DNA of 63,801 nt, filler included, from Stramenopiles sp. TOSAG23-6 (GCA_900128565.1; 6 parts of 6 records of this genome joined end to end with filler, not necessarily neighbours in it); one strand, 5' to 3'. Counted from the first letter of the whole stretch, positions 1 through 12,445 are shown. Notes: generated by a model not told the origin, from the sequence alone. A program made the numbers and translations.

Positions 1-55
1 GTACGAAATTTTGTACCTAACGAATTTTTTTTTGAAATATTTTTCCAAAATACAT

Positions 56-1845
56 GAGATTGAGAGATCAAGTTGATGATTGGGTTGCGCGAGGAACTAT
101 AGAAGCTAGTGCTGGCGAAGCAATTAAGCAAGTCTCCCTTCACCCAGAATGGCTCGATTTAAATGGACGTACGTTTTCAAAATTGATTTTTTATGTTTTA
201 TTATTTTTTTTTGTATGAATTTGTTTTCGTACGAAATTTTGTACCTAACAATTTGTTTTTTGAAATATTTTTCTACAATACATGGACCTTTATTTTATTG
301 GGCGCGGCATCTGCAATGGGTCCTATCGTAACATTACTTGATCATGGTGCACATGTCATTGCTGTAGACCTTTGTGGAAGACCTCAGCTTTGGAAAAGAT
401 TGTTTGAAATCGCGGAAAATTCATGTGGAAAATTATCATGTTTGTTTTCGTTATGAATTTTAAATTTATTTTTTTGTCTGAAAATTTTGTACCTAACAAT
501 TTACTTTTTGAAATATGTTTTCAACTTGCATTCCCATTACAAGCGGAACCAACCTCCCGAGAAGATGCATGTGATATTTCGTGGCTTGCAAATAATGCTG
601 GTGCTAACTTATTATTACAAGCTCCTCAAGTTTCTCAATGGCTATTGGAAGGGAAGACTGTTCAAGGTAAAAGTCTCCTAAAGGACGAACATTCACCCGT
701 TACTATTGGAAACTATACGTATCTTGATGGCGGAAAGCATGTACAGCTCTCATTAGCATGTGATTCTATTATTGAAGCTGTATGCCGCTCAAGATTTGAC
801 GTTTCAATCGCTTTTCTGTGTACCCCTACAGATTGTCACGTTATCGAATCAGCCGCATTCGAAAGTGCAAAAAAGAAGCTCCTTGAAGTTTCACTTTGGC
901 AATCTCTCTGGGATTCGTTAGGCTTCCTAAAAAGCAACAGTTCGGTGGATATGGTTGTCGAAATATCCGATGAAAAATCTTTGCATATGGTCGACGGACT
1001 AGTTTTGGATCAAGGTCCGAATTATGCATTAGCAAAACGATTACAACACTGGAGGGCAATCGTTGCTCACTCAAAGAAGCACACAGTCAGCGCTAATGTG
1101 GCACCGTCAACAGCGACACTTTCTGTAGTAAAGAATAAAAGTTTTGCTGCCGCATATAAGGGTATGCATATATTTCAACCTTTGGAAGTGTTCTATCAAC
1201 ATACTTCTAATGCTGTTATGGAAGCGTTACTCATATATGATATATCTTGTGAGAATTCTCCAGGAAATGGTCGAAATGCTAAAAAATTAAACAATCCGTT
1301 AGAACTCTTCAAATATGTACGTTTCCATGATAAATTTCAAATATTATTTTTTCGTACGAAATTCCGTACCTAACTATTTTTTCTAAAATATTTTTTCACA
1401 ATACATGGTTCATTTCATGGAGGTGCTCATCGATGCGCTTTCACGATTGGGTCTATTGGTATCCCCTCTGCCGTGAGTCATTACATATCCGTTTACTGGT
1501 TTAAGATATTTACTATACTTTGGCTTGCTGCTGGATGTTGGTTTTCATCATACATTTCAAATTTAATTTTTGTGTTTTGACACGAAATTTTGTACCTAAT
1601 GATTTTTTAAATTTCTCGGATATTTTTTCACAGTACATGGTGTTGGGGGATTTTCGATGAAACTTTGGAGTATGTGGCTAATGAAGATTACCGAACTTTC
1701 CTCGCCAAGATTGGTCTTGCTGAAGTTTTGTATGAAAATAAAGGTTCTGGTATGTTCTGGTAGTCTGGTGTTTCATTCCTTGTTGAGATATATTTTGTAT
1801 TTTGCAAACAATGAAAAATACAGAAAACAATTGAATGGCGAATGA
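56..1845 (+). CDS. Conserved uncharacterised protein with a Rossmann-like LLGAASAMGP motif (5' partial, 5 exons)
   Basis: Introns at <1-55, 169-283, 440-531, 1317-1406 and 1533-1638 join WLDLNG-R-TFILLGAASAMGP, GKLS-F-PLQ and ELFKY-GSFHGG in frame. Confidence 0.8.
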
Positions 1846-2029
1846 ATGATCACTTATACAAAAAAAAATGAATGGCGAATGAATGATCACTTACCAACTC
1901 AAGGAAGTAAATTTTTCAAGTAGTACTTGTTTTATTCATCTTAATAAATTATTTTCGTTGTTGTGAATTTTTTCACAGTTCGAAAGACTTTTGAATCTCA
2001 AATGTATTGAAAGCCACATTCAAATTTCT

Positions 2030-4553
2030 TCAATATTCTTCCATGCGTTTAATCATATCCTTACCACATTTCCCACATGCTTCTTCGATAGCTGCGCTGA
2101 GTAACGCAATCATCTCATATAACTTTTGCCTTCCTTGGTTTCGCGGATTAAGCATTATAATATCGTGTACTGTAATCATGTATTTTGGAAAAATATTTCA
2201 AAAAAAATTCGTTAAGTACAAAATTTCGTATGAAAAATAAATTCGAAATTGAAAAAAAAATAAAACATACATACCACTCATGAAATCGTCATTTACTTCG
2301 CAGATTGGTGCCCTTTGGGCGAGAGATCTCAACTGTCTTAAAACTTGAATGGCATACCTCGCAAGTTGTTCTTGTGCAAATGTAATTATATCATTTTTAG
2401 AGACTTCGGGTACATAATGATTAGTGATAAATTTTGTTTCCAATGTATTTTGGAAAAATATTTCAAAAAAAATTTTCAATTTGTTAGGTACAGAATTTCG
2501 TACGTAAAAAAAATGGAATTCGAAAAAAAATAAAACATACATTTGAAACGTCGGAGACTTCGGAGAAATAAGGCAAAATTTCGTTCCACAACTCGCGTAA
2601 GATTAGCTGCTTTAACCAACATGACGTCATTGATTGCAGTTTCAAGATTGATGAAATTGTAACCCAATGAAGTTTCTAATTCACGAGATTCCTGTAAAGA
2701 TTCAATATGTATTGTGAAAAAATATTTAAAAAAAAAAAAAATAGGTACGTAATTTTTTTTCAAAAAAAAATTGAAATTCATAAAAAAAAACCCTTAGGTA
2801 CGAAATTTCGTACAAAACCATAATGTAAACGTACACGAGCGACAGCAGATTCCATGGCTAAAATCCGTCTTTCATTGATCTTCCGTCTTTCTCTGTCAAT
2901 TTCATGTTGAGTTTCGATTACACCAATCTCATCATTACTAAAGTGATGCTGAAACATGTATTTTGGAAAAATATTTCAAAAAAAAAAAACTTAAAATCAT
3001 TAGGTACAAAATTTCGTACGAAAAAAAAATCGATTTTTTTGTAAAAAAAAAAATAAAACATACATTTGTGAACCTATGGAACCAAGTATGGATAGATCAT
3101 CATTCGACATCATACTTGTTGGTATGTTTTGTGAAAAATATTTCAATTGTTTTTTATTAGGTACAAAATTCCGTACGAAAAAAAAATAAATTCAAAATTA
3201 ATGATGAGAATGTACATAGTAACATCGACATCATCACCATGAAGAGAAACATTATTCTCACCGTCATCATCACAATAATTATTACTGTATTGTCGCCTTC
3301 TCCTTAATATAGCACGATCAGAGTTACCAAGTCTGCTTTCCAGTATTACAGATATTTTGTGAAAAATATTTTTTTTCATACAAAAAATTGTTAGGTAAAA
3401 ATCTAAAAAAAAAAAAATTACAAACTCAAAAAAAAATCTTTTTTGTTTAGGTACAAAATTTCGTATGAAAAAATAAATAAATTTGAAATTCACTATGAAA
3501 ACGTACATGCGTTGCGTTTTCTAGACCGAAGAATACCATTTGAATGAACATTTGAATGAACATTTGAATGAACATTTGAATGAACATTTGAATTGGTATC
3601 AAGAGGAGGGGCACTCAGCACATTCGAAGTTGAATCCGTACCAAATTTCGTACCTAACGATTTTCGTTTTGAAGAACAATCAGGAATATTTGGAAGAGAT
3701 TTGTCAGCTATTAATGCGGGTGGTGGAAATGTGAAATTCGGCTCAATTTCTCCAGAAAAAAATGTAGAACTATTTTCTGAATCAGTGGAACACATGGAGT
3801 CATTGCGTGATTTATCCGAACGAAATGCTGCGGGAAAAGCAAAACTGTCATATATTGTGAAAAAATATTGTAGAAAAGCAAATGGTTATAGGTATACAAT
3901 TTCATACGAAAAATAAATAAATTTGAAATTCAAATTTTCAAACGTACATCATCACCCGCTAGAGCTGCTGAGAAAAATTTCGCACTGCTATTGGATGATT
4001 CAGAATTCAGAGAATCTGTGCGTGTTTTCATACTACTACCAAAGCTTTGAAACTTTAGAGAATCGTCATATATATCAGTCAAAGTTTCTATTTGATCATC
4101 TTCTTCATGTTTTCCAATTTCAGCTTCTTCATAATTTTCATTTCGAGAAAGAGTTCGATCTAAGCAACCACTAGACCGACGACGCGACGAAGATACAATG
4201 CTGGATCGTCGGCGCTGTAACAGTTCATCAATTTTCTGGACAGAGCTTCGTCGCTGCAATAGCCCAGCAGTGGTATCAAGTTTGTGGCTAGATCGGCGGC
4301 GCTGTGAAGTTACCTTACTTTGGTCAATTTTATGACTAGAGCGTCGGCGTATTTGTCTTGGATCATATTTTTCCGATGTCGCTATTTGTGTACTCGATCG
4401 ACGTCGAGCAGCAAACAATGCTGCCATTGCTACCACCTTGAACTTATTATCTTCCGGTTCTGGTTCTACAACTGGCATTTGGTCAATGCATACTGGAAAT
4501 GGGAGTTTCCCAGAACTGGTCAAGGAGTTTCGATGAATACTGCCCCCCTGCAT
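2030..4553 (-). CDS. Hypothetical protein, 8 exons, with RRSS-rich N-terminus
   Basis: Introns 3850-3947, 3352-3506, 3124-3215, 2956-3063, 2707-2834, 2443-2540 and 2178-2270 (all GT..AT) give one continuous frame ending KRMEEY-stop. Start codon uncertain. Confidence 0.75.
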
Positions 4554-5133
4554 CTAAACGATTGATATTCTTACAGCAACTTTACTTCTCTCGCATAGCA
4601 AGCATATGTCTATATCGAATTAATCCACAAAAACTAAGAAAATACACGGCGGCGGTTCCAAGGAAAACAAGGAATAGTGTCATACGATTCCAGAAACAAA
4701 AACTACAATAAATATATCAGTTGTGACAAACACACTTCACAGCGCAATGTATAATCCTTTAAGAATAATCAATATCCGTACGTATCAGGCAAGTTGGACA
4801 AAGCGAGTGATGTTTTAAGTTGTGGGTTATATCAATTTCTATCTGACTCCTTTTGACTTGTTTCCAAAACCAATGAAGATAGAGAAAGGTAGGTAGCAAA
4901 TGGAAACAAAAACTAACGTTCGAACTGAATAGTAGGTAGTAGGTAACACGAAATCGACATAAATTTTAATCGTAGCTTCTGGACATGAACCACGATACCG
5001 AAGTAAATATATTCAATTCTTTTTATCTTTTCTATCTGTTCAAAACTTCAAAAAATAAAAAATGTAAAACATTTTTATGGTACAAAAATAAATAATTTTT
5101 GCAAAGGACAATACATATTTTCCAAGGTATAAT

Positions 5134-8100
5134 TTAATATGTTTCAGTTTTATCCATCCCAATATCCCAAACAACAACATTTCCCTTGTTTGTAACTTCT
5201 CTGGTGTGTAATTTATTATCCTTGACTTCCGTGATATCTGGAGCTTCGAGGCCTGGCATAGCTTTTAAAGTAGATATAGCCGCACTACGATGTCCAGCAA
5301 ACCAAAGCACATCATGTCGGTCTAATAATGTCTCAGGTCCAATGGCATGTTCAACAACTCCATCACGTCCACGTTGTCGAGCAACCAGAAATAAACCTGG
5401 TAAACCTCGGAGACCAGCATTTTCAACAGTTTGACCCTGTAAAGATCTACTTGATGCAGGAATATATTTTGGGTCTTTCATTTCACTGTATGAGCGGACC
5501 CTCATTGCAGCCAATAAATCTTTTGGTCGAACCACTTCCTGTTGAATTAGATTTTCATTACTTCCTACATATACATCATTTGTCGTTGCATTTTGACAAT
5601 ATTGGGATGTTTCAGAACATATCTCCTTCTTTGATGTATTTGATGTCATAGTGTTAATTGTAGTTTCTTTTACAATTTGTAAATCTTTACCAATTTTCTT
5701 TTCATTCGATCGTTGAACTGAATATTTCTTTAGTTTTTGAAATACACTACGTGAATCATGAGCAGGGGTACCAACTTGATTATTTTGTTGAAAATCATTA
5801 AATATTATCAATTCTAAATCACGCTTCGTAGCAATATTATCCCATGAAAATCCTGCACCTATATTAATTAACAATACATCGTGTGGTTCAAAAATTGTAC
5901 GCCCAATTGTACCCCTTAGAACAATGTTGCTACGAATTATTGACAATATCGATGCATTATATTGCCTTCGGAAGTTAATCTCTTTTGGTGTAACTCCAAC
6001 AAGCTTATTAAGAGAAGTATCCCGTATACGAACTTGAAGTATGCGAGAAAGTACAGGGCTAGGGTTATGAACCAGACCATGTAATGAACCTGCGTCAGTC
6101 TCGCTTTGAGAATCATTCTTAGCCACTCTAGCACCAATGCGACATACTGCATCATGAAGAGAAAGAAACCAAAGGTTCGGATTGAGAGGACCAGAACATT
6201 TTTGCCACTCTTTTATGACAGATTGATTATTCATAAAACCATGTTCTTCATGTTTATGTTTTTCCGTTTGCACAATCTTGTGTAAATAATTTGCATCGTA
6301 TGCCCGAGCACGATACAGAATCTCCCTACAGGATGCATTCCAGCCACAAAAATATAGCTTTACTCGACGAGCAGTGCAATACAGATAAAATTTTTGTAAC
6401 ATTACAATTGCGGCAGAATCCAAATGTGTAACACCGGAGAAGGAAAGTAACATATGAAAGGAATCATTCGAATCGTCAAAGGCTCTAGTTAAGGGTGTGT
6501 TGTCTGTACCAATATTTATGTTATACGAATCTACCTTGGACTTCTCTATCTGTTTTTCATCTTTAAAATTTCCGGAATACTTTTCTTGAACTTTCTTATT
6601 ACGCACAATACCAAGTTCAAGTGCTGCCTGTTGCGAATGGTTTACCTTTTTTAATGACTTCGTATTATTTGCTATCAATGAAGTCAAAGCAGTCATCAAA
6701 GTATTTTCGCATTCATCGGCATTAGCAAAATTCAAAGGCCCAGTAATAAGATATATACCCAAACAACTGTCAGTGTCGACCAATGACCCTTCACTCGGTA
6801 TTGATTGTACAAGACGTTTTGCATCTGGAAATCTTTTAAGTTCTCTATACAGAGTAGTATTAGGTATTTTCCCTAATTCAGCAATGCTGATAGAATTATT
6901 TCTCAGTGTAAGTACAACCAAAGCTGCAGCAATACCTACGGATAACCCCAAAAATACACCAAAGCATATAGTACATATAAAAGTTATAACCCACAGGAAA
7001 CAATCCCCTGCTTTAATCATTAGAAGTCTATGAGGTGTACCGAAATTAAGTAATTTAACTAAAGCTATAATGATGATTACTGAAAGTGTAGCCTTCGGTA
7101 ACGAATCAAGTAGTGGAAGCATGAAAAATATAAGAATAAGCATAATTGCCGCATTTACAAAATTATGAAGCATCGTAACCGCATTCAAATCTAATAAAAT
7201 TGCCGAGCCCGAAAAGGAGCCACCTACTGTCATACCACCGAAAAAACCAGATACTACATTTGCAAATGCTAGTGCACGAAGTTCCTGCGACGAATCGAAA
7301 GATGCAGTAGTATTAATATTTCCCATTGTTTTTTTTGGATCTATAGAAGAATTTTTCGAATGTTTGGTTTCTTTGCACGCATTACGTTTATCGAGTTGTT
7401 TAGCCGGGTGTTTGTGATACACTGCTTGTTGTCGAGTTTGCTTTTCTCCATTTTTTAGACTTTTTCCTATGGTAGTTGTTAATATATAATTCAAGACCGC
7501 TACAGTTATTGCATTCAGAATGACGTCATAAATCATGTCGATACTTTTTGGATAAGTAATTGTTAAACCAGTAGGACATGCTCCTACGACGGCCAATCCT
7601 CGACCATTTAACGCTAAAACTTTGCTTATTACAGTAGATAGTATAACTAATATAATTGGACCTGGATCTGGGGAATGTGGAGAAATTTTCTTTACCACAA
7701 ACTTTGAAATGATTAATAAAAGAAAGCTTAAAAAGCTAACAAGAGTTGTTAAGAGACAGATTTGTTCAATATTTTCAACTATCTCAATAATCGTACTGTG
7801 AAATCCAGTGTGTGCTTTCAAAGGAAGGCCCACTATATGTTTCAACTGTGATCCAGCAATGAGAAAAGCTGCCGCGGTGGTGAAACCTCCAAATACACAT
7901 GGTGGTATAAATACTACCAGGGCGTCGGCACCTAGTATAGACAATAGTAATGTGACTATTCCTACGATCATTGAAAACGTAGGAATTATGGCGATGTTTT
8001 CCTCAGGAGTGCGATCTGAACTAGAAATCGCATCACCATATACCATAGAAATTAAAGCTGCAGTACCAAGACTCAAGTTGTATTTGGTTCCAAAAATACC

Positions 8101-8607
8101 ATAGACTAAACAACCACAGAATGCCGAATAAATGCCGACAACTGGTGGAATATTAGCAATCATCGCGTGTGCCATAGCTTTCGGAACAATGACGAAGGAC
8201 ATAGTTATTCCTACAATAGTGTCATGCAAAAGGTTGTTACGGAAGTCATATTTTGGTATCCATGAAAGTACTGGGATGAGGCGTAAACAAGTAACTCGAA
8301 CGCCTTGACGGCAGCAATAGTGGTTCTTACATCCCGCTTGAATGAATTCAGTTATCGTTCGCAAAAAAAACTGAAAGTATTGATTGATAACATAGAATGC
8401 ATTATCTGGTAGCGTATCGTGATAGTATTTGGAAAATTCAGCTTCGGTTGCTAATCCAATATTCTGTTGTTCACCTTGTTGTTCAAGTTGACAAGAAGGC
8501 TTCCTGTGGTGGATTTGAGAAGACCGAGGTTGAATAGCTTTCGGTATTGTTATCTTTTTAGATCTACTATTTGAGTGTAGCAAAGTCATATGGGAAGGAA
8601 TTAGCAC
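5134..8607 (-). CDS. SLC26/SulP anion (sulfate) transporter with STAS domain and two C-terminal TrkA-C-like domains
   Basis: 1157-aa intronless ORF. GITMSFVIVPKAMAHA...PPVVGIYS SulP signature, GPLNFAN...LSFSGVTHLDSAA STAS, and GQTVENAGLRGLPGLFLV...DVLWFAG TrkA-C-like segment. Confidence 0.9.
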   Translation of the reverse strand: MLIPSHMTLLHSNSRSKKITIPKAIQPRSSQIHHRKPSCQLEQQGEQQNIGLATEAEFSKYYHDTLPDNAFYVINQYFQFFLRTITEFIQAGCKNHYCCRQGVRVTCLRLIPVLSWIPKYDFRNNLLHDTIVGITMSFVIVPKAMAHAMIANIPPVVGIYSAFCGCLVYGIFGTKYNLSLGTAALISMVYGDAISSSDRTPEENIAIIPTFSMIVGIVTLLLSILGADALVVFIPPCVFGGFTTAAAFLIAGSQLKHIVGLPLKAHTGFHSTIIEIVENIEQICLLTTLVSFLSFLLLIISKFVVKKISPHSPDPGPIILVILSTVISKVLALNGRGLAVVGACPTGLTITYPKSIDMIYDVILNAITVAVLNYILTTTIGKSLKNGEKQTRQQAVYHKHPAKQLDKRNACKETKHSKNSSIDPKKTMGNINTTASFDSSQELRALAFANVVSGFFGGMTVGGSFSGSAILLDLNAVTMLHNFVNAAIMLILIFFMLPLLDSLPKATLSVIIIIALVKLLNFGTPHRLLMIKAGDCFLWVITFICTICFGVFLGLSVGIAAALVVLTLRNNSISIAELGKIPNTTLYRELKRFPDAKRLVQSIPSEGSLVDTDSCLGIYLITGPLNFANADECENTLMTALTSLIANNTKSLKKVNHSQQAALELGIVRNKKVQEKYSGNFKDEKQIEKSKVDSYNINIGTDNTPLTRAFDDSNDSFHMLLSFSGVTHLDSAAIVMLQKFYLYCTARRVKLYFCGWNASCREILYRARAYDANYLHKIVQTEKHKHEEHGFMNNQSVIKEWQKCSGPLNPNLWFLSLHDAVCRIGARVAKNDSQSETDAGSLHGLVHNPSPVLSRILQVRIRDTSLNKLVGVTPKEINFRRQYNASILSIIRSNIVLRGTIGRTIFEPHDVLLINIGAGFSWDNIATKRDLELIIFNDFQQNNQVGTPAHDSRSVFQKLKKYSVQRSNEKKIGKDLQIVKETTINTMTSNTSKKEICSETSQYCQNATTNDVYVGSNENLIQQEVVRPKDLLAAMRVRSYSEMKDPKYIPASSRSLQGQTVENAGLRGLPGLFLVARQRGRDGVVEHAIGPETLLDRHDVLWFAGHRSAAISTLKAMPGLEAPDITEVKDNKLHTREVTNKGNVVVWDIGMDKTETY

Positions 8608-8853
8608 GCGTAAAGAAAATGACGACAGGCTTAGAAATAAGGCATTCCCAAATTTATAGCGTGGGGTTTTCTTCTTTCAAACTTGTGGAAAGCTACTACA
8701 AATTAATTTTCTGTGTAGTACATATCCAATAGGCTTAGGAGTCAGTTTTGAAGAAGGACATCCATCACAACGCCGAAGCGCCGATTTTGATTTCGGCAAA
8801 ATTTCGCGACCGATCGATTCGCGAAACTTCGTCGAGCTCATCTGTATTTTGAA

Positions 8854-10770
8854 TTGAGTATCGATTCGCGCAGTGACTCCAAAATGCAAGCTCTTCAAAG
8901 CGATGCGAATAAGCGTGTAACGACACACTCTGATGTTGGGAATCTGTGTGACACTATAGTTTCTGGTGTTGACGACGAGGTAATTGTTCGCTCAGTTAAA
9001 AATAAATGGCTTAATCAACGCGTAAAGGTGTTGTGGACTGACAAAAAATGGTATAAAGGTACCGTAGTCGCTTATAACAAATTAGATGACAAATATGATA
9101 TATCATATGACAATGGTAATGCGAATTACATTCGTCTTCCTCAGCCAAATGTTGTACTTCTTGGAAGTAAATCACCTATCCAAAAAAAACTATCTAAAAT
9201 ATCTAGAGCTACCCCTCATTCGAACAGTCGTATTAAAAATAACGATAAGACTTCTGATTTACTCCTAGGTTTCTCTATTGGCGATATCGGTGCAGCAGTA
9301 TCTGCTCTTCGTCGTGATTTGAACAAAAAGAACGAAACGCCAAAAATAACCAGATATAAGAAGGGCAAGACGAAAAAGAGAAAATCTTTGTGTGTGGATA
9401 GTAAGAATAATTATAACAGTGTAAAGAAAAGAAAAAAGTGTAACCCTGGAACACAAGCATCTTTCAAAATTCGCTCTGGTAATAGTTTTGCAAATATTTC
9501 TTCAGAAGAAACTTTTGATATTGATAATTCTCGTAGACTAACCCGGCGTTTGTTTTCTATTAAAGCTCGTAAAGCACGTTCTAAGCATTGGACGTCGAAT
9601 CATTATAAGTATGAACCTCTTGATATTTTAGGTCGGAAAATTCGTCTATGTTTCGTTCGACAAGGTAAAAGACGAAAATATAAGACAAAAATATTTCCAG
9701 ATAGATGTCCAATTTTTGATAGAGATGATATAGTTAAGAACCAAATGCAAATGTATGCAGCGCAAAGGCGTTTTCCACATATGAATCCTCAAAATTATTA
9801 CCCTAACCCTAACAATTATAACCCTAACAATGCACATACTCAATATATGATGTATCAATCGTATGGAAAGGTCAATCAAAGTATAAATAATACTGATTTA
9901 TATACAAGACCAATGAGACATGGTAGTATAGTTCACCCTGACTATAACCCAAATCATATAAATATGGATTCTTCAATTGGCGTCTCAAATAAACCAGAAT
10001 TTAGTAGTAATGTACAAGTTGCAATACCCAAAGGTATCTCAAATGGTACGGCGTATGCAACCTATAATGAGTCAAATACATCAATAATGAAAGATACTCG
10101 ATCATGTGAAGGATCGAGAGTTCATGGATCATTTACATTAGTCGATGGTGAAGTGAACCGAATAAATTATCCTCCGAGTTTGTTTTCAGCTGCTCAAGGA
10201 TCACTATCTCCAGGATCTAAAGAAATATCTCCAGGATCTAAAGAAATAATGAGTAGCTCAAATAGTAATGACAAGCAAGAAATAATGAGTAGCTCAAATA
10301 GTAATGACAATCAAGAAATAATGAGTAGCTCAAATAGTAATAGTAATGTAAAAAGTGAAGCCCAAACTTCAATTTTGCATAGGAGTAAAATAGACAATGG
10401 CACTGGTACTTTTGAAACTTCAAAGAATCATACTATAGAAAAAAACAAAATTTTATCTGAGAGTTCAGAAAATGTCAAGACTACAGGAAATAATAAAAAT
10501 GCTGAAAATGTTTCGCAAAATGAAGAAGAAAATCAACCAAATTATCCCCAATTAACTGCACTTGCTCTTTTTATTTCGAAAATTGCACCAAAGAGAGGTA
10601 TCCACACGGCTCAGAGTGCAGCACGCCATATACTTCATCAGTACGCTTTGCATTGGCCAGATTTACTCGAAGATTTATCGTCAATTTACGATGGACCCGA
10701 TGCTTACAAACCGTTATCAGAGCTCAAAGCTACTATTAGAGCAAGCAATTTTGAAAAATTGGTATGTTGA
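8854..10770 (+). CDS. Tudor-like domain protein
   Basis: 638-aa ORF; QRVKVLWTDKKWYKGTVVAY...YDISYDNG is Tudor-like. Probable ATG at 8884. Confidence 0.7.
   Translation: MSIDSRSDSKMQALQSDANKRVTTHSDVGNLCDTIVSGVDDEVIVRSVKNKWLNQRVKVLWTDKKWYKGTVVAYNKLDDKYDISYDNGNANYIRLPQPNVVLLGSKSPIQKKLSKISRATPHSNSRIKNNDKTSDLLLGFSIGDIGAAVSALRRDLNKKNETPKITRYKKGKTKKRKSLCVDSKNNYNSVKKRKKCNPGTQASFKIRSGNSFANISSEETFDIDNSRRLTRRLFSIKARKARSKHWTSNHYKYEPLDILGRKIRLCFVRQGKRRKYKTKIFPDRCPIFDRDDIVKNQMQMYAAQRRFPHMNPQNYYPNPNNYNPNNAHTQYMMYQSYGKVNQSINNTDLYTRPMRHGSIVHPDYNPNHINMDSSIGVSNKPEFSSNVQVAIPKGISNGTAYATYNESNTSIMKDTRSCEGSRVHGSFTLVDGEVNRINYPPSLFSAAQGSLSPGSKEISPGSKEIMSSSNSNDKQEIMSSSNSNDNQEIMSSSNSNSNVKSEAQTSILHRSKIDNGTGTFETSKNHTIEKNKILSESSENVKTTGNNKNAENVSQNEEENQPNYPQLTALALFISKIAPKRGIHTAQSAARHILHQYALHWPDLLEDLSSIYDGPDAYKPLSELKATIRASNFEKLVC
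10240..10348 (+). repeat. Coding tandem repeat, 36-nt unit x3 (EIMSSSNSNDxQ)
   Basis: AAGAAATAATGAGTAGCTCAAATAGTAAT occurs three times. Confidence 0.9.
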
Positions 10771-10866
10771 ATGATTTTCTAATATTTTTGTTGACTAAAG
10801 CGATTTTCTATACATAAATATCCACAAAACTCAAATAAATATAGCTAAAAAGATTAAAAACGTTTT

Positions 10867-12445
10867 TTATTTCATTCTTGTTCCCGCCCAAATCATCTTT
10901 TTTTGGGTCGTGGTATCATGGGGAGATTTTTTACCACGTTGTTTTTGTATACCAACCAGTCCTTCACCAACAATGTCAACTCCACGAATTCTTTTTATTT
11001 GTTTCACCCCCGAAAAGCCACGCCCAAAAGGATCGTTTGCAGTTTTTTCTCTGAGAACAGAGCCTTCTTTGTTGACTACAAAGGCCACAGCTCCACCGGG
11101 TCCACGTATCCAGGAATCCTCGGTCATAGGAAGTAACCGAGGCGAATTAATGTCAGGATCAATAAATTGTTCATACCCAAAAACTTTTAATAAACTTGTT
11201 ATATTTGTTTGTCTTGATACCCACACTCGTTGTTCCCTGGTATAATGATGAAGATTTTTCCCAATCACGCCACCAGTTCTGGGTTTATATACACCAATAT
11301 TTGCACCAGAGTCATCAGCCCCTCGATCATTTGATGACTCCTTTTCATTAGCAGAGTTTTGCTTTACAGTTTTATGAGCACTCGCATGTTCTTCCCGCGA
11401 GAGTTCTTCTGCCATATTCACAGCTCTCTCTCGAATATTCGCCAATCTACTCAAATTACCATCAGATATAAATTCAGCTATTTTATCCACAGCTTCCTTT
11501 CTAGAATCCAAATTTACTAAATCTTCAAAACGAATAATTAATAAACCACCTCGGAGACCTTCCCGAATTGTATGTTCACCTGGCTTACTCAAAATAATGC
11601 CATCAGGATCATGAGAATTTTTAGCGAGATTTAGCCAAAAATGGTGAAATTCAGCCCAAATATTCATTTCTCTGAAGACCATATCATCCCACACATATGT
11701 TGTAAAAAAATATTTTACATTTAATTTTTTTGTTAGATACATTTTGTTTTGAAAAAATTGAATATACATTCAATTTTGAAAACATATATCTCCCCATCTT
11801 TTCATTGAATACTCTGAATCCTTGACAGTTTTTGTATGCGAAGATGTTAATATAAAATTGAAGTAGCTATTGACAGCATCAAATGGATTTCTTATCACCA
11901 ATATTGCTCTATCACAAGAATACAATTTCCAGCCTGATCTTTCGGGGAAGTGGGTTTTTACAACCTCGACATTGCTGTTCACGGAACCCTCCCCCATGAA
12001 TCCCTTTTTACGAAGAGCAACACTTAAAGCACGATCAGGACGGACATCACTCCCAGTGACATTTCCTGTGATACGTTCCACTATACTACGGGTGAAGCTA
12101 TTACCTGATCGCGGGAAGCTTGTTAGACTTATATGTCCGCCATAGCGTTTCAATTGGTCATTTGTTATCATCTGCGACGACGCTGGGCCTAATTTCTTTT
12201 CAACACAAATGTTATCTTTTTTCTTTGTAAAAAATGAGGGAATTGGCGGAGGCAAAAATGGCAGTGTTGGCATGTTTGCCAAAGTCTGTGAATGTAATCC
12301 AAGTAAGTTATCTTCAACTTTACACAAAGCTGAATGAAGACGACCATAATTGCGACATATTGCTTGTAGCTCTAATAAAAGAGAAATAAACTCAGGACGT
12401 AACGTAGCAATGCCGCGAGCACCTGGAATTTCAGATCCTTTCATC
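10867..12445 (-). CDS. Sulfotransferase-domain protein, WSCD-like (5' partial)
   Basis: SFPRSGNSFTR 5'-PSB loop, VKTH, and LVIRNPFDAVNSY 3'-PB motif. Intron 11695-11787; upstream intron 12446->12500 is cut by the contig end. Confidence 0.85.

Noticed and set aside
149-3508. Many short F/K/I-rich ORFs containing [12 protein letters not shown] or RTKFCT as a repeat protein family
   Set aside because: They are translations of the intron consensus in different frames.
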